NCBI GenBank assembly: GCA_035935755.1
Contig: DASYWU010000048.1
Coordinates: forward strand, 78,829-142,828
Direction of reading: 5' to 3'
DNA from: Terracidiphilus sp.
GTDB taxonomy: Bacteria > Acidobacteriota > Terriglobia > Terriglobales > Acidobacteriaceae
DNA: 64,000 bases
Within the stretch, counting starts at the first letter, position 1, and each line of letters opens with the position of its first letter. Below, one piece after another: positions 29,069 through 38,144 of the stretch. A model generated the notes under the pieces. It was given only the letters and a program-made list of their open reading frames with translations. It ran no database searches and was not told the origin of the DNA. The translations under genes were made by a program, and so were the position numbers.

Positions 29069-30250
29069 TTATTGCTCATCCACCGGCTTCCCCTTCGTGG
29101 CCTGGCCCTGGTTGCCGGGCGCAGTGCTCGAGAACTGTCCCGACATAATTGCCTCGGTCTCCTTGTGCACCCTGGCGATATCGGCTGTCGAGCGGATGGC
29201 CTCCGAGTTCGCCTCGTTGAGCGCACGTTGCGTTGCGCGTAGCAGTTCCAGGTAATCAGGTTTCTTCTGCATCTGCGCCTTTTGCTGTGCGTTAGCCTCA
29301 CCCTTCTGCGGCTGATCCGTACCTGATTCCTGGTTGCGCTCGTTTGGCGTCCCAGCATCCGAGCCTGGTTGCCGCTTGGGTCCGTACCGGATGGCCGCCT
29401 GGGCTTGCAAGTCTGCAAGCTGTTTTTTCAGGCTTTCTACTTTCTCACGACTGGCTACGAGGGCTTCGCCGTCGCGCACGGTGCGTTTCAGAATCTCCCC
29501 GTAAACCGGAGTAAGCCGCTGAGGATCTGGCGTAGTGGTGAAATGTACAGGCGGCGCCGAGCTGCACTGCACCCCGATGGGGTTGCCGTGCAGCGCTTCC
29601 ATGGCTTCGCCGGCCAGATATTTCACCTCGTCGAGCTCCCGGGCGTCAGCATCACCGGTAGCAATTTTGTGGACATCTTCCACAGCGTAGTTCGCCAGTT
29701 CGGCGGAGCAATGAAGCTGCTTCCAGGCGGTGATTACGTCACGCTGATTCGAGTCTGCAGATCGCGCCTTGATGCCGTAGTTCGGATTTCCCGCCGCTTC
29801 CTCCGGTGAAACTCCCTTGAGCCCGAAAGTGGAATCGCCGATGCCCTTGAGCTGCATGTTGTCCGCAGTGACACCCTTCAGGTGAGACGCCGCATCCGCC
29901 ACTCCAGCCCTCCACTCCTCCTCTGCCTTCGCCCGCTCCGCAGCCTCCCGGTCCTCTTCAAGCTTCTGCTGGCGCTCTAGCTCTATGAGCCGATGTTGCT
30001 CCTCCTCTTTGGCGCGTTGGGCCTGGATTTCGGCTTCCGAAGGCCCGGAGTAGTTGGAACCATCAGATGATCCGCCCGAGCCTGCGCTACAACGCACAAC
30101 GTGGCCGTTGTAATCAATGCAGTCGCCGGTCGGAGTTTGCGCATGCAGCCGCTGCGATATGACGCAGAATACCATCGCGATTCCTGCGAATAGTACAGAG
30201 TTCACGAAGAACTTCCCCATTCCGCTTCTCGTCGCCATATCGAGTCTCAT
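29069..30250 (-). CDS. Hypothetical secreted coiled-coil protein
   Basis: 393 aa. Hydrophobic N-terminal segment, an E/Q/R/A-rich coiled-coil stretch (EAEIQAQRAKEEEQHRLIELERQQKLEEDREAAERAKAEEE) and a Q/K-rich tail. It is the last gene of the minus-strand block. Confidence 0.6.
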   Translation of the reverse strand: MRLDMATRSGMGKFFVNSVLFAGIAMVFCVISQRLHAQTPTGDCIDYNGHVVRCSAGSGGSSDGSNYSGPSEAEIQAQRAKEEEQHRLIELERQQKLEEDREAAERAKAEEEWRAGVADAASHLKGVTADNMQLKGIGDSTFGLKGVSPEEAAGNPNYGIKARSADSNQRDVITAWKQLHCSAELANYAVEDVHKIATGDADARELDEVKYLAGEAMEALHGNPIGVQCSSAPPVHFTTTPDPQRLTPVYGEILKRTVRDGEALVASREKVESLKKQLADLQAQAAIRYGPKRQPGSDAGTPNERNQESGTDQPQKGEANAQQKAQMQKKPDYLELLRATQRALNEANSEAIRSTADIARVHKETEAIMSGQFSSTAPGNQGQATKGKPVDEQ

Positions 30251-30333
30251 CCCCTCCTCCGTTGACTAATCGTGCGAGCGCAGCCAACATTCTCAATACC
30301 TAGATCGGAGCATATTGCCAAGAGCCTTCCACA

Positions 30334-31227
30334 CTAATGCTGCTGTTGCACTTCCCGCTGGGCTAGCATTATGGAAGAACAATTCAATCCGTCCGCACCT
30401 ATGTACGGATACGGTTTTTGGTGATCGCATTCCATTTCCACGTAAGGAGCAAAATTCAGTAATGAGCATTCTTGACCTTGAACGTCTATCGATCCGCCGC
30501 CTCCTTCTAAACTTGGACGCACGCTATAAACTGCTCCGACCACCAAGCGATTGCGAAAGCCGGGGCATCTAGTTTCAATGACGGTATTGTCTTGCCACCA
30601 ATAATCGAACCTCCATGGGTACTGTTGCGTGCTCATTGCAAAACCAATTCTTCCCCCGCCTTCCCCCAGGAATTGGATTTGCGCAGGTTCGTTACTTTTC
30701 CATAGATTGTCCAAGGCGGCATGCGCCGCTGTTGAATCGCTGGAAGGCTGGCTTTTTGTGTACTTAATTCCCTCGATCCTTCCTCGTACTGCCCCCGCAT
30801 CGGGCGCATCCGGTGCAGCAACAAGATAGAAGTTGAGTGCGTGAATCGCTTCGTCATACTGTGCAGCCTTTTCAGCTGCGGCGGCTTCATTGAAGTAATA
30901 ATCAGAAACCCATGGTGCGACTTGGGATGCCTGCGCGAAAGCTGCCGCAGCAGCTTTCACATCATCCGGCGTGGTCGCGTGAGCAAAGATCGTCTTCGCC
31001 TTGCCGTCGGCAGCTTGAGCTTCTTCGGGCACCGCCGGCTTGGGATCGAGCGTCAAAGCGAGCTTAATGATCTTCGTCCGCAGCGCATCGTTCGAGGGAT
31101 CTGCCTGCAACTGCGTAACGTACTGTTGAAGTTGATCACGAGGAGTGGGACTTCCGCCCTGCTGCCCGCGAACGCCGGTCCAAACGAAGATCATTGCCAG
31201 CGCGACGAGAATTGAGTTTTGGCGCAT
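30334..31227 (-). CDS. Modular secreted paralog P1 (conserved N-module plus unique C-module)
   Basis: Signal peptide. N-module PRDQLQQYVTQLQADPSNDALRTKIIKLALTLDPKPA...APWVSDYYFNE...AIHALNFYLVAAP..VRGRIEGIKY. Unique 130-aa C-terminus. Confidence 0.7.
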   Translation of the reverse strand: MRQNSILVALAMIFVWTGVRGQQGGSPTPRDQLQQYVTQLQADPSNDALRTKIIKLALTLDPKPAVPEEAQAADGKAKTIFAHATTPDDVKAAAAAFAQASQVAPWVSDYYFNEAAAAEKAAQYDEAIHALNFYLVAAPDAPDAGAVRGRIEGIKYTKSQPSSDSTAAHAALDNLWKSNEPAQIQFLGEGGGRIGFAMSTQQYPWRFDYWWQDNTVIETRCPGFRNRLVVGAVYSVRPSLEGGGGSIDVQGQECSLLNFAPYVEMECDHQKPYPYIGADGLNCSSIMLAQREVQQQH

Positions 31228-31309
31228 AGATCACCCATCCAGTCGAACGTGAAATGCTGACTATCGAATTCCCATTTGCTCCGATCCAAATTCAGGACTC
31301 CAACGCCAG

Positions 31310-32365
31310 TTATCTCCCGCGACTTTTCGTTCTCTTTGCCACACTCATGCCAAGAACCCAGTACCCGTCACGAGTTTCTGTTGCATAGACGGTGCCGTTG
31401 ACGTAACCCGTCCACGAAATCTCCTTTTCACTTATCGTGCCCATCGCGTAGCAGTAGGCATTGCGGGGTATGTCGCCGTAGTCGCGGGCGCAATTTGGCA
31501 ACGGAACACGGAATGCTCGTCCATCGATCGGGTAGTCGAAGGTTTGGTGGTCTATCAGGCGGTTGCCACCGTCGTAATGGCCGCTATAGGCTTCATATTC
31601 TTCGGATATTCTGTCACCTGTTATCGTCCAAGTCACGATAAAGCGGTTGCCCAAACTATCAGCGCGCTCGTGGCTGTAAACCGCACCGTCCAAGGAACGG
31701 ACCAACGGGTCAAGATTTGCGAGTCGCTGCTGTTCTTCACGCTGCGCTTGCTCTCGAGCTCGTTTAGCGTCAAGTTCTCGTTGACGCTCAGCTTGCGCCT
31801 CAGCGTCTCTTCTTTCTTGCTCCGCCTTTGCCTCCGCATCCTTTTGTGCCTGTTCTGCCTGCGCCGCGGCTTGTTGCTGTTCAAGGACGTAAGAAAGTGC
31901 GCCGATCTTTTCGCGGACCTTCTTCGCGTCCGGCGATTCCTGCGGATAAGCCAGGTTGCTCAGCTTGTAATTCCTCAAAGCGTCGGCGGGGTGGTTGGCC
32001 TTCTCGTATGCAACGGCAGCATCGAAGTAGTAATCCGGCAGCCAGGGCACAACAAGAGTTACCTTCTCGAAAGCATCTGCGGCCTTAAGCAGATCGTCGG
32101 GGGAAGTGGCATGCTCGAAAATGTATTGCGCTCGTCCAGCCAATTCATCAGCTTCCGGAGGAATGGCCGGAGGTGGCTGGAGTTGCTGCGCCAACTGAAT
32201 GATCTTCGTCCGCAGCACGTCATCCGACGGGTTCGCCTGCAACTGCGTCTCGTACTGCTGGAGCTGCTCGCGCGGGCTTGTGGTTTCCTGAGCTAAAGCA
32301 GAAGCTGCGTAGATTGCAATAATCGCGATGGACAGGGCGCGGAGAGGCATAACGTGTCGCTTCAT
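31310..32365 (-). CDS. Modular secreted paralog P2
   Basis: Signal peptide and the most divergent copy of the N-module (PREQLQQYETQLQANPSDDVLRTKIIQLAQQLQPPPA). Long Q/A/E/R coiled-coil linker and a unique C-terminus. Its ATG overlaps the P3 stop (ATGA). Confidence 0.7.
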   Translation of the reverse strand: MKRHVMPLRALSIAIIAIYAASALAQETTSPREQLQQYETQLQANPSDDVLRTKIIQLAQQLQPPPAIPPEADELAGRAQYIFEHATSPDDLLKAADAFEKVTLVVPWLPDYYFDAAVAYEKANHPADALRNYKLSNLAYPQESPDAKKVREKIGALSYVLEQQQAAAQAEQAQKDAEAKAEQERRDAEAQAERQRELDAKRAREQAQREEQQRLANLDPLVRSLDGAVYSHERADSLGNRFIVTWTITGDRISEEYEAYSGHYDGGNRLIDHQTFDYPIDGRAFRVPLPNCARDYGDIPRNAYCYAMGTISEKEISWTGYVNGTVYATETRDGYWVLGMSVAKRTKSRGR

Positions 32366-33288
32366 TGGTTCGCTACCTTCTCTAATGTGATGTTCTCATC
32401 CGTACAATTGAGCAAATTGTGGCGTTGAAACACAGACCTATCCTGGGGTGTCAGGTTGGGGTTTACATAATAAGAGAGTGACAAATAGATCCGCGTATTA
32501 TCGGTACTTATCGATCCATGGAATTGTCCAATGATGCAACTAGTTCGCCCTGCGCCCGGGTGATCTGTAAACCGACCCGCGAAACTGTGACCAGCCAAGG
32601 TGCCACTTCCGCTCTCTAGTCCATCAATTATGGGCCCTCCGTCCCGTGCACTTGGACCCATCCCATAAGTGATGCTCAGGTTGTCTCCGGACAAGTGGAA
32701 CCTATATACCCAAGCGGAAGGTTCCTCCAAAGACCACGTGCCGTTAATTGCATCCCGCAACTCTGCTTCCTTTTGCCTAGCGTTTATGGCCTCTTCGGCC
32801 TGCTCCTGCCGGGCACTGCTCTCCTTTTCATACTTAATTCCCTCGATCTTCCCACGCACATCGGCGGCATCTGCTGCATTCGGCGCTGCGAGTAGGTAGA
32901 AGTTAAGTGCGTGAATCGCGTCGTCAAATTGCTTTGCCTTTTCGAAGGCGAGCCCCTCGTTGTAGTAATAATCCGGCATCCAGGGCGCTAACAGCGACGC
33001 CTGAGCAAAGGCTGCTGCTGCAGCTTTCATGTCGTCCGTCGAACCGGCGCTGGCAAAGATCGTCTTGCCTTTGGCGGCGTCGACGGCAGCATCTTGCGTC
33101 GCCGCCGGTTTGGGATCGAGCGTCAGCGCCAGTTGAATAATCTTCGTCCGTAGCGCATCGTCTGTCGGATTCGCCTGTAACTGCGCCACGTACTGCTGCA
33201 ACTGCTCGCGCGAAATCGGCGGAGATTGAGAATGCAGATAGCACAAGCAAATCGCCGCGAAAAAGAGGGCGTGAAGAATCGTTCTCAT
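32362..33288 (-). CDS. Modular secreted paralog P3
   Basis: I chose the start at MRTILHALFFAAICL (ATG at 33288) rather than the ORF-track start at 33483. N-module SREQLQQYVAQLQANPTDDALRTKIIQLALTLDPKPA. Unique C-terminus. Confidence 0.7.
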   Translation of the reverse strand: MRTILHALFFAAICLCYLHSQSPPISREQLQQYVAQLQANPTDDALRTKIIQLALTLDPKPAATQDAAVDAAKGKTIFASAGSTDDMKAAAAAFAQASLLAPWMPDYYYNEGLAFEKAKQFDDAIHALNFYLLAAPNAADAADVRGKIEGIKYEKESSARQEQAEEAINARQKEAELRDAINGTWSLEEPSAWVYRFHLSGDNLSITYGMGPSARDGGPIIDGLESGSGTLAGHSFAGRFTDHPGAGRTSCIIGQFHGSISTDNTRIYLSLSYYVNPNLTPQDRSVFQRHNLLNCTDENITLEKVANQ

Positions 33289-33337
33289 TGAAATTGTCCT
33301 CCTTACCGTGTCCACACTCATTCTGCTCAGCATGTCG

Positions 33338-34225
33338 TTATTGGCGATGCAGCTCAACGCTCTCTGTCCCATCAGCTGGTGCATCCATGTTACCCATAAT
33401 CGCGCAGCTTCCAACCAAAGCTGAGCCGCCGCCCTCAGTACTAAGAGAACAGTCCGCTGTTTGCCATGCGCTTCTAAAGGCATAGCGCACTCTGAAGCTC
33501 ACATTGGAGCCTTCAATCCGGTAGCTTTGCAAGTTCGTTACGTCGCACAAGTCACCGCAATCCAAATGGACCGAGTATGTATTACCTGTGCGGCTTACTT
33601 CCAATGCATTCCCCATGTATGGTGAGATAACGTAATGGTGCGGGATAATGAACGACCATCTGCCAACGACTGCGTTCCGGCGCGCTTCCTCTTGCGCCTG
33701 AGTCTGTTTCGCTCTTTCCTCCTGTTCCTGCTGCGCCTGTTGCGAAATTTGATATTTGAGTGCACCAATGTTTTCCCTGACCGTGTCGGCATCGGTCGCG
33801 CCCGGTGCCGCTAGCGAATAGAACTGATAGGCTTTTATCGCTTCCTCCAGACGCTTAGCTTTTTCAAACGCCAGGCCCTCATTGAAATACAGATCAGCGC
33901 GCCAGGGCGCTTCGAGCGCCGCCTTCGCATAGAGATTTGCCGCATTGATCAAGTCCGCGCCGGACTGCGCACTCTTGAAGGCATACGTCGCGGCGCCGAT
34001 CGTCTCCGGCAGGTCGGGCGGATCCGCCGGCTTCGGATCCAGCGTCAGCGCAAGCTGAATGATCTTCGTCCGCAACGCATCGTCTGCCGGATTCGCCTGT
34101 AACTGTGTCACATTCTCCTGCAACTGCTCGCGAGGACTTAACGAAAGAGCTTGATTCTGCGCCGACGTTCTGTAAAACGTTGCTGCCAGGAAAACAATTA
34201 CGAGATAATGTCTTCGCGAAGTCAC
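33338..34225 (-). CDS. Modular secreted paralog P4
   Basis: Signal peptide. N-module PREQLQENVTQLQANPADDALRTKIIQLALTLDPKPA. QQEQEERAKQTQAQEEARR linker. Unique Cys-containing C-terminus. Confidence 0.7.
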   Translation of the reverse strand: MTSRRHYLVIVFLAATFYRTSAQNQALSLSPREQLQENVTQLQANPADDALRTKIIQLALTLDPKPADPPDLPETIGAATYAFKSAQSGADLINAANLYAKAALEAPWRADLYFNEGLAFEKAKRLEEAIKAYQFYSLAAPGATDADTVRENIGALKYQISQQAQQEQEERAKQTQAQEEARRNAVVGRWSFIIPHHYVISPYMGNALEVSRTGNTYSVHLDCGDLCDVTNLQSYRIEGSNVSFRVRYAFRSAWQTADCSLSTEGGGSALVGSCAIMGNMDAPADGTESVELHRQ

Positions 34226-34318
34226 TCTGCTCCTCCGTGTAAACCAAAATCCACAGCGATCCCAACTTCCAAACCGTTCATGGTTATATTTGACTCCGGA
34301 TTCTGCCGGTCTCCCGTT

Positions 34319-35284
34319 TCACCACGGACATACCGAGCTCGTGCTGCCGGGGTCGCTCACGCGCGAATAGATGAACGGGATCTCTCCCGGAAAGCGAGCA
34401 TCATTATCCTCTATCTCGCCGTTGCTGTTGATCTGCAGGCTGTCGGTTTCACCGAACGCCGTAAACGTGGCAATCCGGCCGGAGACATGACCTTTTCGTG
34501 AGCTAATCCGGCCCGGCCCGTTCCCATAAGAGTCAGAACGATCCTGGCACCACGTTTCCGTGATTTCATCTCCGGATATGTCGAACTTCACATGCGAAAG
34601 ATAGTAATTGTCCCATCGTCCCCTGACACCGCGAAATTGTTGGACACGTTCGGCTCCTCCCGTGATTCTCCAAGTGCCCGACCATTGGTTCTGCAATTCC
34701 GCTTGCTCTCGCTGCTGTTCCTGCTCCTGGCGTTGCTGCGCTTCCTCTTGCTGTCGCTGCGCAGTTTGGGCGGCGTCCTTTTGCGTAAGCTGATATTTGA
34801 GCGCCCCAATCTGTTTCGTTACCTGGTCCGTATCCTTTGCGTTCGGTGCCGCGAGCAAATAAAGTTGGTACGCGGCAATTGCCTTCGGCTGCTCGTTCGC
34901 CTTCTCGTAGCACATGCCGAGGTTGTAATAATCGCCGGCATTCCAGGGGGCAAGCAGCAGGGCCTGTTCGTACTCGGCGGCGGCACTTGTGAAGTCCGCT
35001 GGGGACTGAGCATGCTTGAACGCATACTCGGCAGCGCCTTCGTGTTCGATCGCACCGGTGGGGATTTCAGGCCTGGGATCGAGCGTGAGCGCGAGTTGAA
35101 TGATCTTCGTCCGCAGCGCGTCGTTGGACGGGCTTGACTGCAGTTGCGTGACGTACTGCTGGAGTTGCTCGCGCGGGCTTGGCTGTGTTTGGCTCTTCGC
35201 CCGTACAGCGAATCCGAGAATAGCCACGCAGCCTGCTACAGCTAACATCGGTTCAAGAAATACACTCCATCGCCTTCTACCCAT
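34319..35284 (-). CDS. Modular secreted paralog P5
   Basis: I chose the start at MGRRRWSVFLEPMLAVAGC (ATG at 35284). N-module PREQLQQYVTQLQSSPSNDALRTKIIQLALTLDPRPE. Q/E-rich linker. Unique C-terminus. Confidence 0.65.
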   Translation of the reverse strand: MGRRRWSVFLEPMLAVAGCVAILGFAVRAKSQTQPSPREQLQQYVTQLQSSPSNDALRTKIIQLALTLDPRPEIPTGAIEHEGAAEYAFKHAQSPADFTSAAAEYEQALLLAPWNAGDYYNLGMCYEKANEQPKAIAAYQLYLLAAPNAKDTDQVTKQIGALKYQLTQKDAAQTAQRQQEEAQQRQEQEQQREQAELQNQWSGTWRITGGAERVQQFRGVRGRWDNYYLSHVKFDISGDEITETWCQDRSDSYGNGPGRISSRKGHVSGRIATFTAFGETDSLQINSNGEIEDNDARFPGEIPFIYSRVSDPGSTSSVCPW

Positions 35285-35395
35285 CTGCGCGAACACCTCC
35301 TCCCGAAGTACTGTGACTCGCACAATCAGAGAACGGTTTGCCAATAGGTAGCACCGGCCACCTTGAGACCCGCTTACCCCTCGATCCTAGGCAGT

Positions 35396-36685
35396 TCATG
35401 GGCAAGTGCCTCCGTTAGCGGACCCCGAAAATATGTTCCACGTGCCATCGGACTCATACTCGACGTGATACCGGGCGCCATCGATGATCCCCAAGTCCGA
35501 TGTCCCAGAACACGGATGAGTGTTTCCACCGGCGGAATAGCTGGAAAAAACCACCAGTGATGGTTCGAGTGCACGCCAATCGCCGTCATCGATGTGGTCC
35601 AGTGCGGAAGTGTCAAACAAAACAATCACACCGAAACCGCGATTATCCAAAACAACCGTTTCAGGCACACCTAAGAATTGTCTGCTGCCAACCGAAGAGC
35701 GAACGAACTTGGCGTAATATGCTTCGCGTGCGCGCTCACGATATAGCTCGCTGAGGCTGGTTCGGATTGAGCTGGTCGTATTTGCTGCGGGAGAAAGGAT
35801 GATCTCCATATCGCCATGCAGACTTTGGTCGTAATTCATCACAAAGTTCGCCTGGCCTCTGGATGTTCTAATCACAAACGGTATGTTCCCACTCCCATTG
35901 AGATCGGTTAGCCGGATTTGGTGCAAGCCCATAACATCGAGATCGCATACCATGAGCTCGTCGTACATGGCAGCGCCGTCTCTCACCGTGCTGATTTTTA
36001 GCGACACGCCGTGCGTGTTCCCGAGCCCGTCGATTCTGAGGTCGCTGAATGCTCCACCGTACCGGTAGAGCAGATCTAGCGGATCAGCTCCGGCCCCGTA
36101 CTTTCGCGCTAGTAGCTCATTGTCTTGCGCTTCGCTTGCTGCCTTCGACATTTCGTACTTGATTCCCTCGATCTTGCCGCGCACGTCCGCCGTGTCAGAA
36201 GCGCCCGGTGCGGCAAGCAAATAGAAGTTGAGATCTCGAATTGCGTCGTCGTACTGCTTTACCTTCTCGAGCGCGAGCCCTTCGTTGTAGTAGTTGTCCG
36301 GCACCCAAGGAGCGATCTGTGAGGCCTGAGCGAAGGCTGCTGCCGCCGCTTTCAACTCGTCTGGCGAACTGGCGCTCGCGAAGATCGTCTTTCCCTTCGC
36401 GGCGTCAACGGCAGCGTCTTCCGGTACTGCCGGCTTCGGATCGAGCGTCAACGCGAGCTGGATGATCTTCGTCCGCAGCGCATTGTCTGACGGGTTTGCC
36501 TGCAACTGCGTCACATACTGCTGGAACTCTTCGCGCGGCGTCGTTTCGGACGATTGTGCAAAGGAGCGTGCTGTTGCCGATGACGCAAGGGCCAGAGTCA
36601 CCACGGAAAGGCAAATCGTGATTCCCCTAACCTCCGTACTGTTTCGATCAGAGCGGCAGTTTGGTTTTGGAACCCTGGTCAGCAT
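35396..36685 (-). CDS. Modular secreted paralog P6 (largest C-module)
   Basis: Hydrophobic N-terminal segment. N-module PREEFQQYVTQLQANPSDNALRTKIIQLALTLDPKPA...VRGKIEGIKYE. Unique C-terminus of about 260 aa. The start codon is uncertain. Confidence 0.65.
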   Translation of the reverse strand: MLTRVPKPNCRSDRNSTEVRGITICLSVVTLALASSATARSFAQSSETTPREEFQQYVTQLQANPSDNALRTKIIQLALTLDPKPAVPEDAAVDAAKGKTIFASASSPDELKAAAAAFAQASQIAPWVPDNYYNEGLALEKVKQYDDAIRDLNFYLLAAPGASDTADVRGKIEGIKYEMSKAASEAQDNELLARKYGAGADPLDLLYRYGGAFSDLRIDGLGNTHGVSLKISTVRDGAAMYDELMVCDLDVMGLHQIRLTDLNGSGNIPFVIRTSRGQANFVMNYDQSLHGDMEIILSPAANTTSSIRTSLSELYRERAREAYYAKFVRSSVGSRQFLGVPETVVLDNRGFGVIVLFDTSALDHIDDGDWRALEPSLVVFSSYSAGGNTHPCSGTSDLGIIDGARYHVEYESDGTWNIFSGSANGGTCP

Positions 36686-36950
36686 TTTTCATGATCCTCT
36701 CTGTTTCACTTATCTCCATCGCTTGCGAGGAGCGGCGAAACGACCTAAGAACCCCGTCGAGTAGACCGATATACATCTTGTTAAAACGGCGTTCAAACTG
36801 TTTTACGGTTTCATCAGGCAGAAACTTAAGCTGATTCATTGTGCACTTCCAAAAGTAATGACCTTGTGATCATTCACTTCGAAATGGTGGGTTTTCGTCA
36901 TTGGCGCATAACCAGTTGCGGTTGCGGTAAATGAGTGGTTTGCCGGCGCA

Positions 36951-37151
36951 CTAACATAAGTTGTACAGCTGTCTCCTGACCAAATCTGCGATTGCGCACA
37001 GGCCGGGCCATTGCCATCTAACGTTACCTGGATTGTGACACCGGGTATTGTTCACAATCTTCACTTCGGCCTGATTGACAAGCTGTTGGCCAAGCAATGT
37101 AGCAGCCATGGCAAATACAGCACACGATATTACAAAGTGCAAAGTTTTCAT
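36951..37151 (-). CDS. Small secreted Cys-containing protein (66 aa)
   Basis: ATG at 37151 is preceded by GGAGAG. Signal peptide MKTLHFVISCAVFAMAATLLG. The mature part has 3 Cys. Located directly downstream of the FecR-domain gene. Confidence 0.45.
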   Translation of the reverse strand: MKTLHFVISCAVFAMAATLLGQQLVNQAEVKIVNNTRCHNPGNVRWQWPGLCAIADLVRRQLYNLC

Positions 37152-37190
37152 GCTCTCTCCAATCTCAGGAACTCCCGCTGAATCGTGCAT

Positions 37191-38144
37191 TCATTGTTTT
37201 GTTTTCCACCAACGCGCCACTGCTTTCGGATCTAGCGAAGTCATCGAAGCAACAGCGCCCGTCTTCGGCACCACGAGTTGCTGCCCCCCGGTCAGCGTCA
37301 CCTTTGTACGGCCGCCGCCGGGGTCCACTTCCACCGAGCCCTCCAGAACCGTCACCGTGTCCTTCTTTCCGTCCGTCGATAAAGTGAAGTCCGTGCCCCG
37401 CACCGCGCAGGTGGCGGTAAGGCCGCGATAGCGTGCGTCATCATTTGCGCCGCGCACGCCCATGATGATGGTTATCTTGTGCATCTCGCCCCGGAAGATC
37501 TGCCACTCCACGCCCTTCACATCGCGCTCGTACTCGAAATCGGTGTTCGCCTTGAGGTGCATCTCACTTCCGTTCCCAAGCTGCAGCTCAAGGAACGCAT
37601 TCGGGCCCAGGTGAATATGCTGGCCCGGCTGCACCGGAAGGTTGGGATCGAAGGGCTTCGCTCCCTGCGGCGTGTCCACGGTAATTTGCCCGCGGAAAAT
37701 AGTCGCCAGCGCCCGCGGTCCAATCGAATCTCCTATTGTGGTCCAGAGAACCAGCGCATGGTTCGCGGCATCCAGTCGTTTCTCGTCGTCGCCCAGGTTC
37801 TGACGCGCCGCATCCAGCGCCTGTTGGGCGTTTTCAATCGCTTGTTGGGTAACACCGGCGCCATCGGAATCATGATCCGAGAGAGCCTGCTGGTGAGCCG
37901 CCTGCGCCCGCGACAACAGGTCCTGATCTCTGCCCATGGCGGCTTTGTCTTCGTTGACTCTCTTGAGAAATTCCCCCTTCATCTGAAGAAGGTCGGCATT
38001 GGGAACGTTCTGCGCCGAACCTGAATTGGGCAGCAGGAGGCAAAGCAGGCACAGAAAAGTCCCCATGACGCCACCGAATATCCGCTTTCTGCCTGCACGC
38101 AGACACTCAGGCGGAAAGATTCCGTTGGGCAAAGGCTTCGCCAC
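37191..38144 (-). CDS. FecR-domain protein (signal/anchor, coiled coil, FecR beta-sandwich)
   Basis: GTG start preceded by AGGAGG. Hydrophobic N-terminal segment. FecR-like region (GQHIHLGPNAFLELQLGNGSEMHLKANTDFEYE...VRGTDFTL). No ECF sigma gene is adjacent. Confidence 0.7.
   Translation of the reverse strand: MAKPLPNGIFPPECLRAGRKRIFGGVMGTFLCLLCLLLPNSGSAQNVPNADLLQMKGEFLKRVNEDKAAMGRDQDLLSRAQAAHQQALSDHDSDGAGVTQQAIENAQQALDAARQNLGDDEKRLDAANHALVLWTTIGDSIGPRALATIFRGQITVDTPQGAKPFDPNLPVQPGQHIHLGPNAFLELQLGNGSEMHLKANTDFEYERDVKGVEWQIFRGEMHKITIIMGVRGANDDARYRGLTATCAVRGTDFTLSTDGKKDTVTVLEGSVEVDPGGGRTKVTLTGGQQLVVPKTGAVASMTSLDPKAVARWWKTKQ

Noticed and set aside
36648-36839. 63-aa minus-strand ORF between the small Cys protein and paralog P6
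   Set aside because: It overlaps the presumed P6 start by 38 nt in another frame and has no signal peptide or motif. It could be real if P6 starts further downstream, but it is not supported well enough to list.
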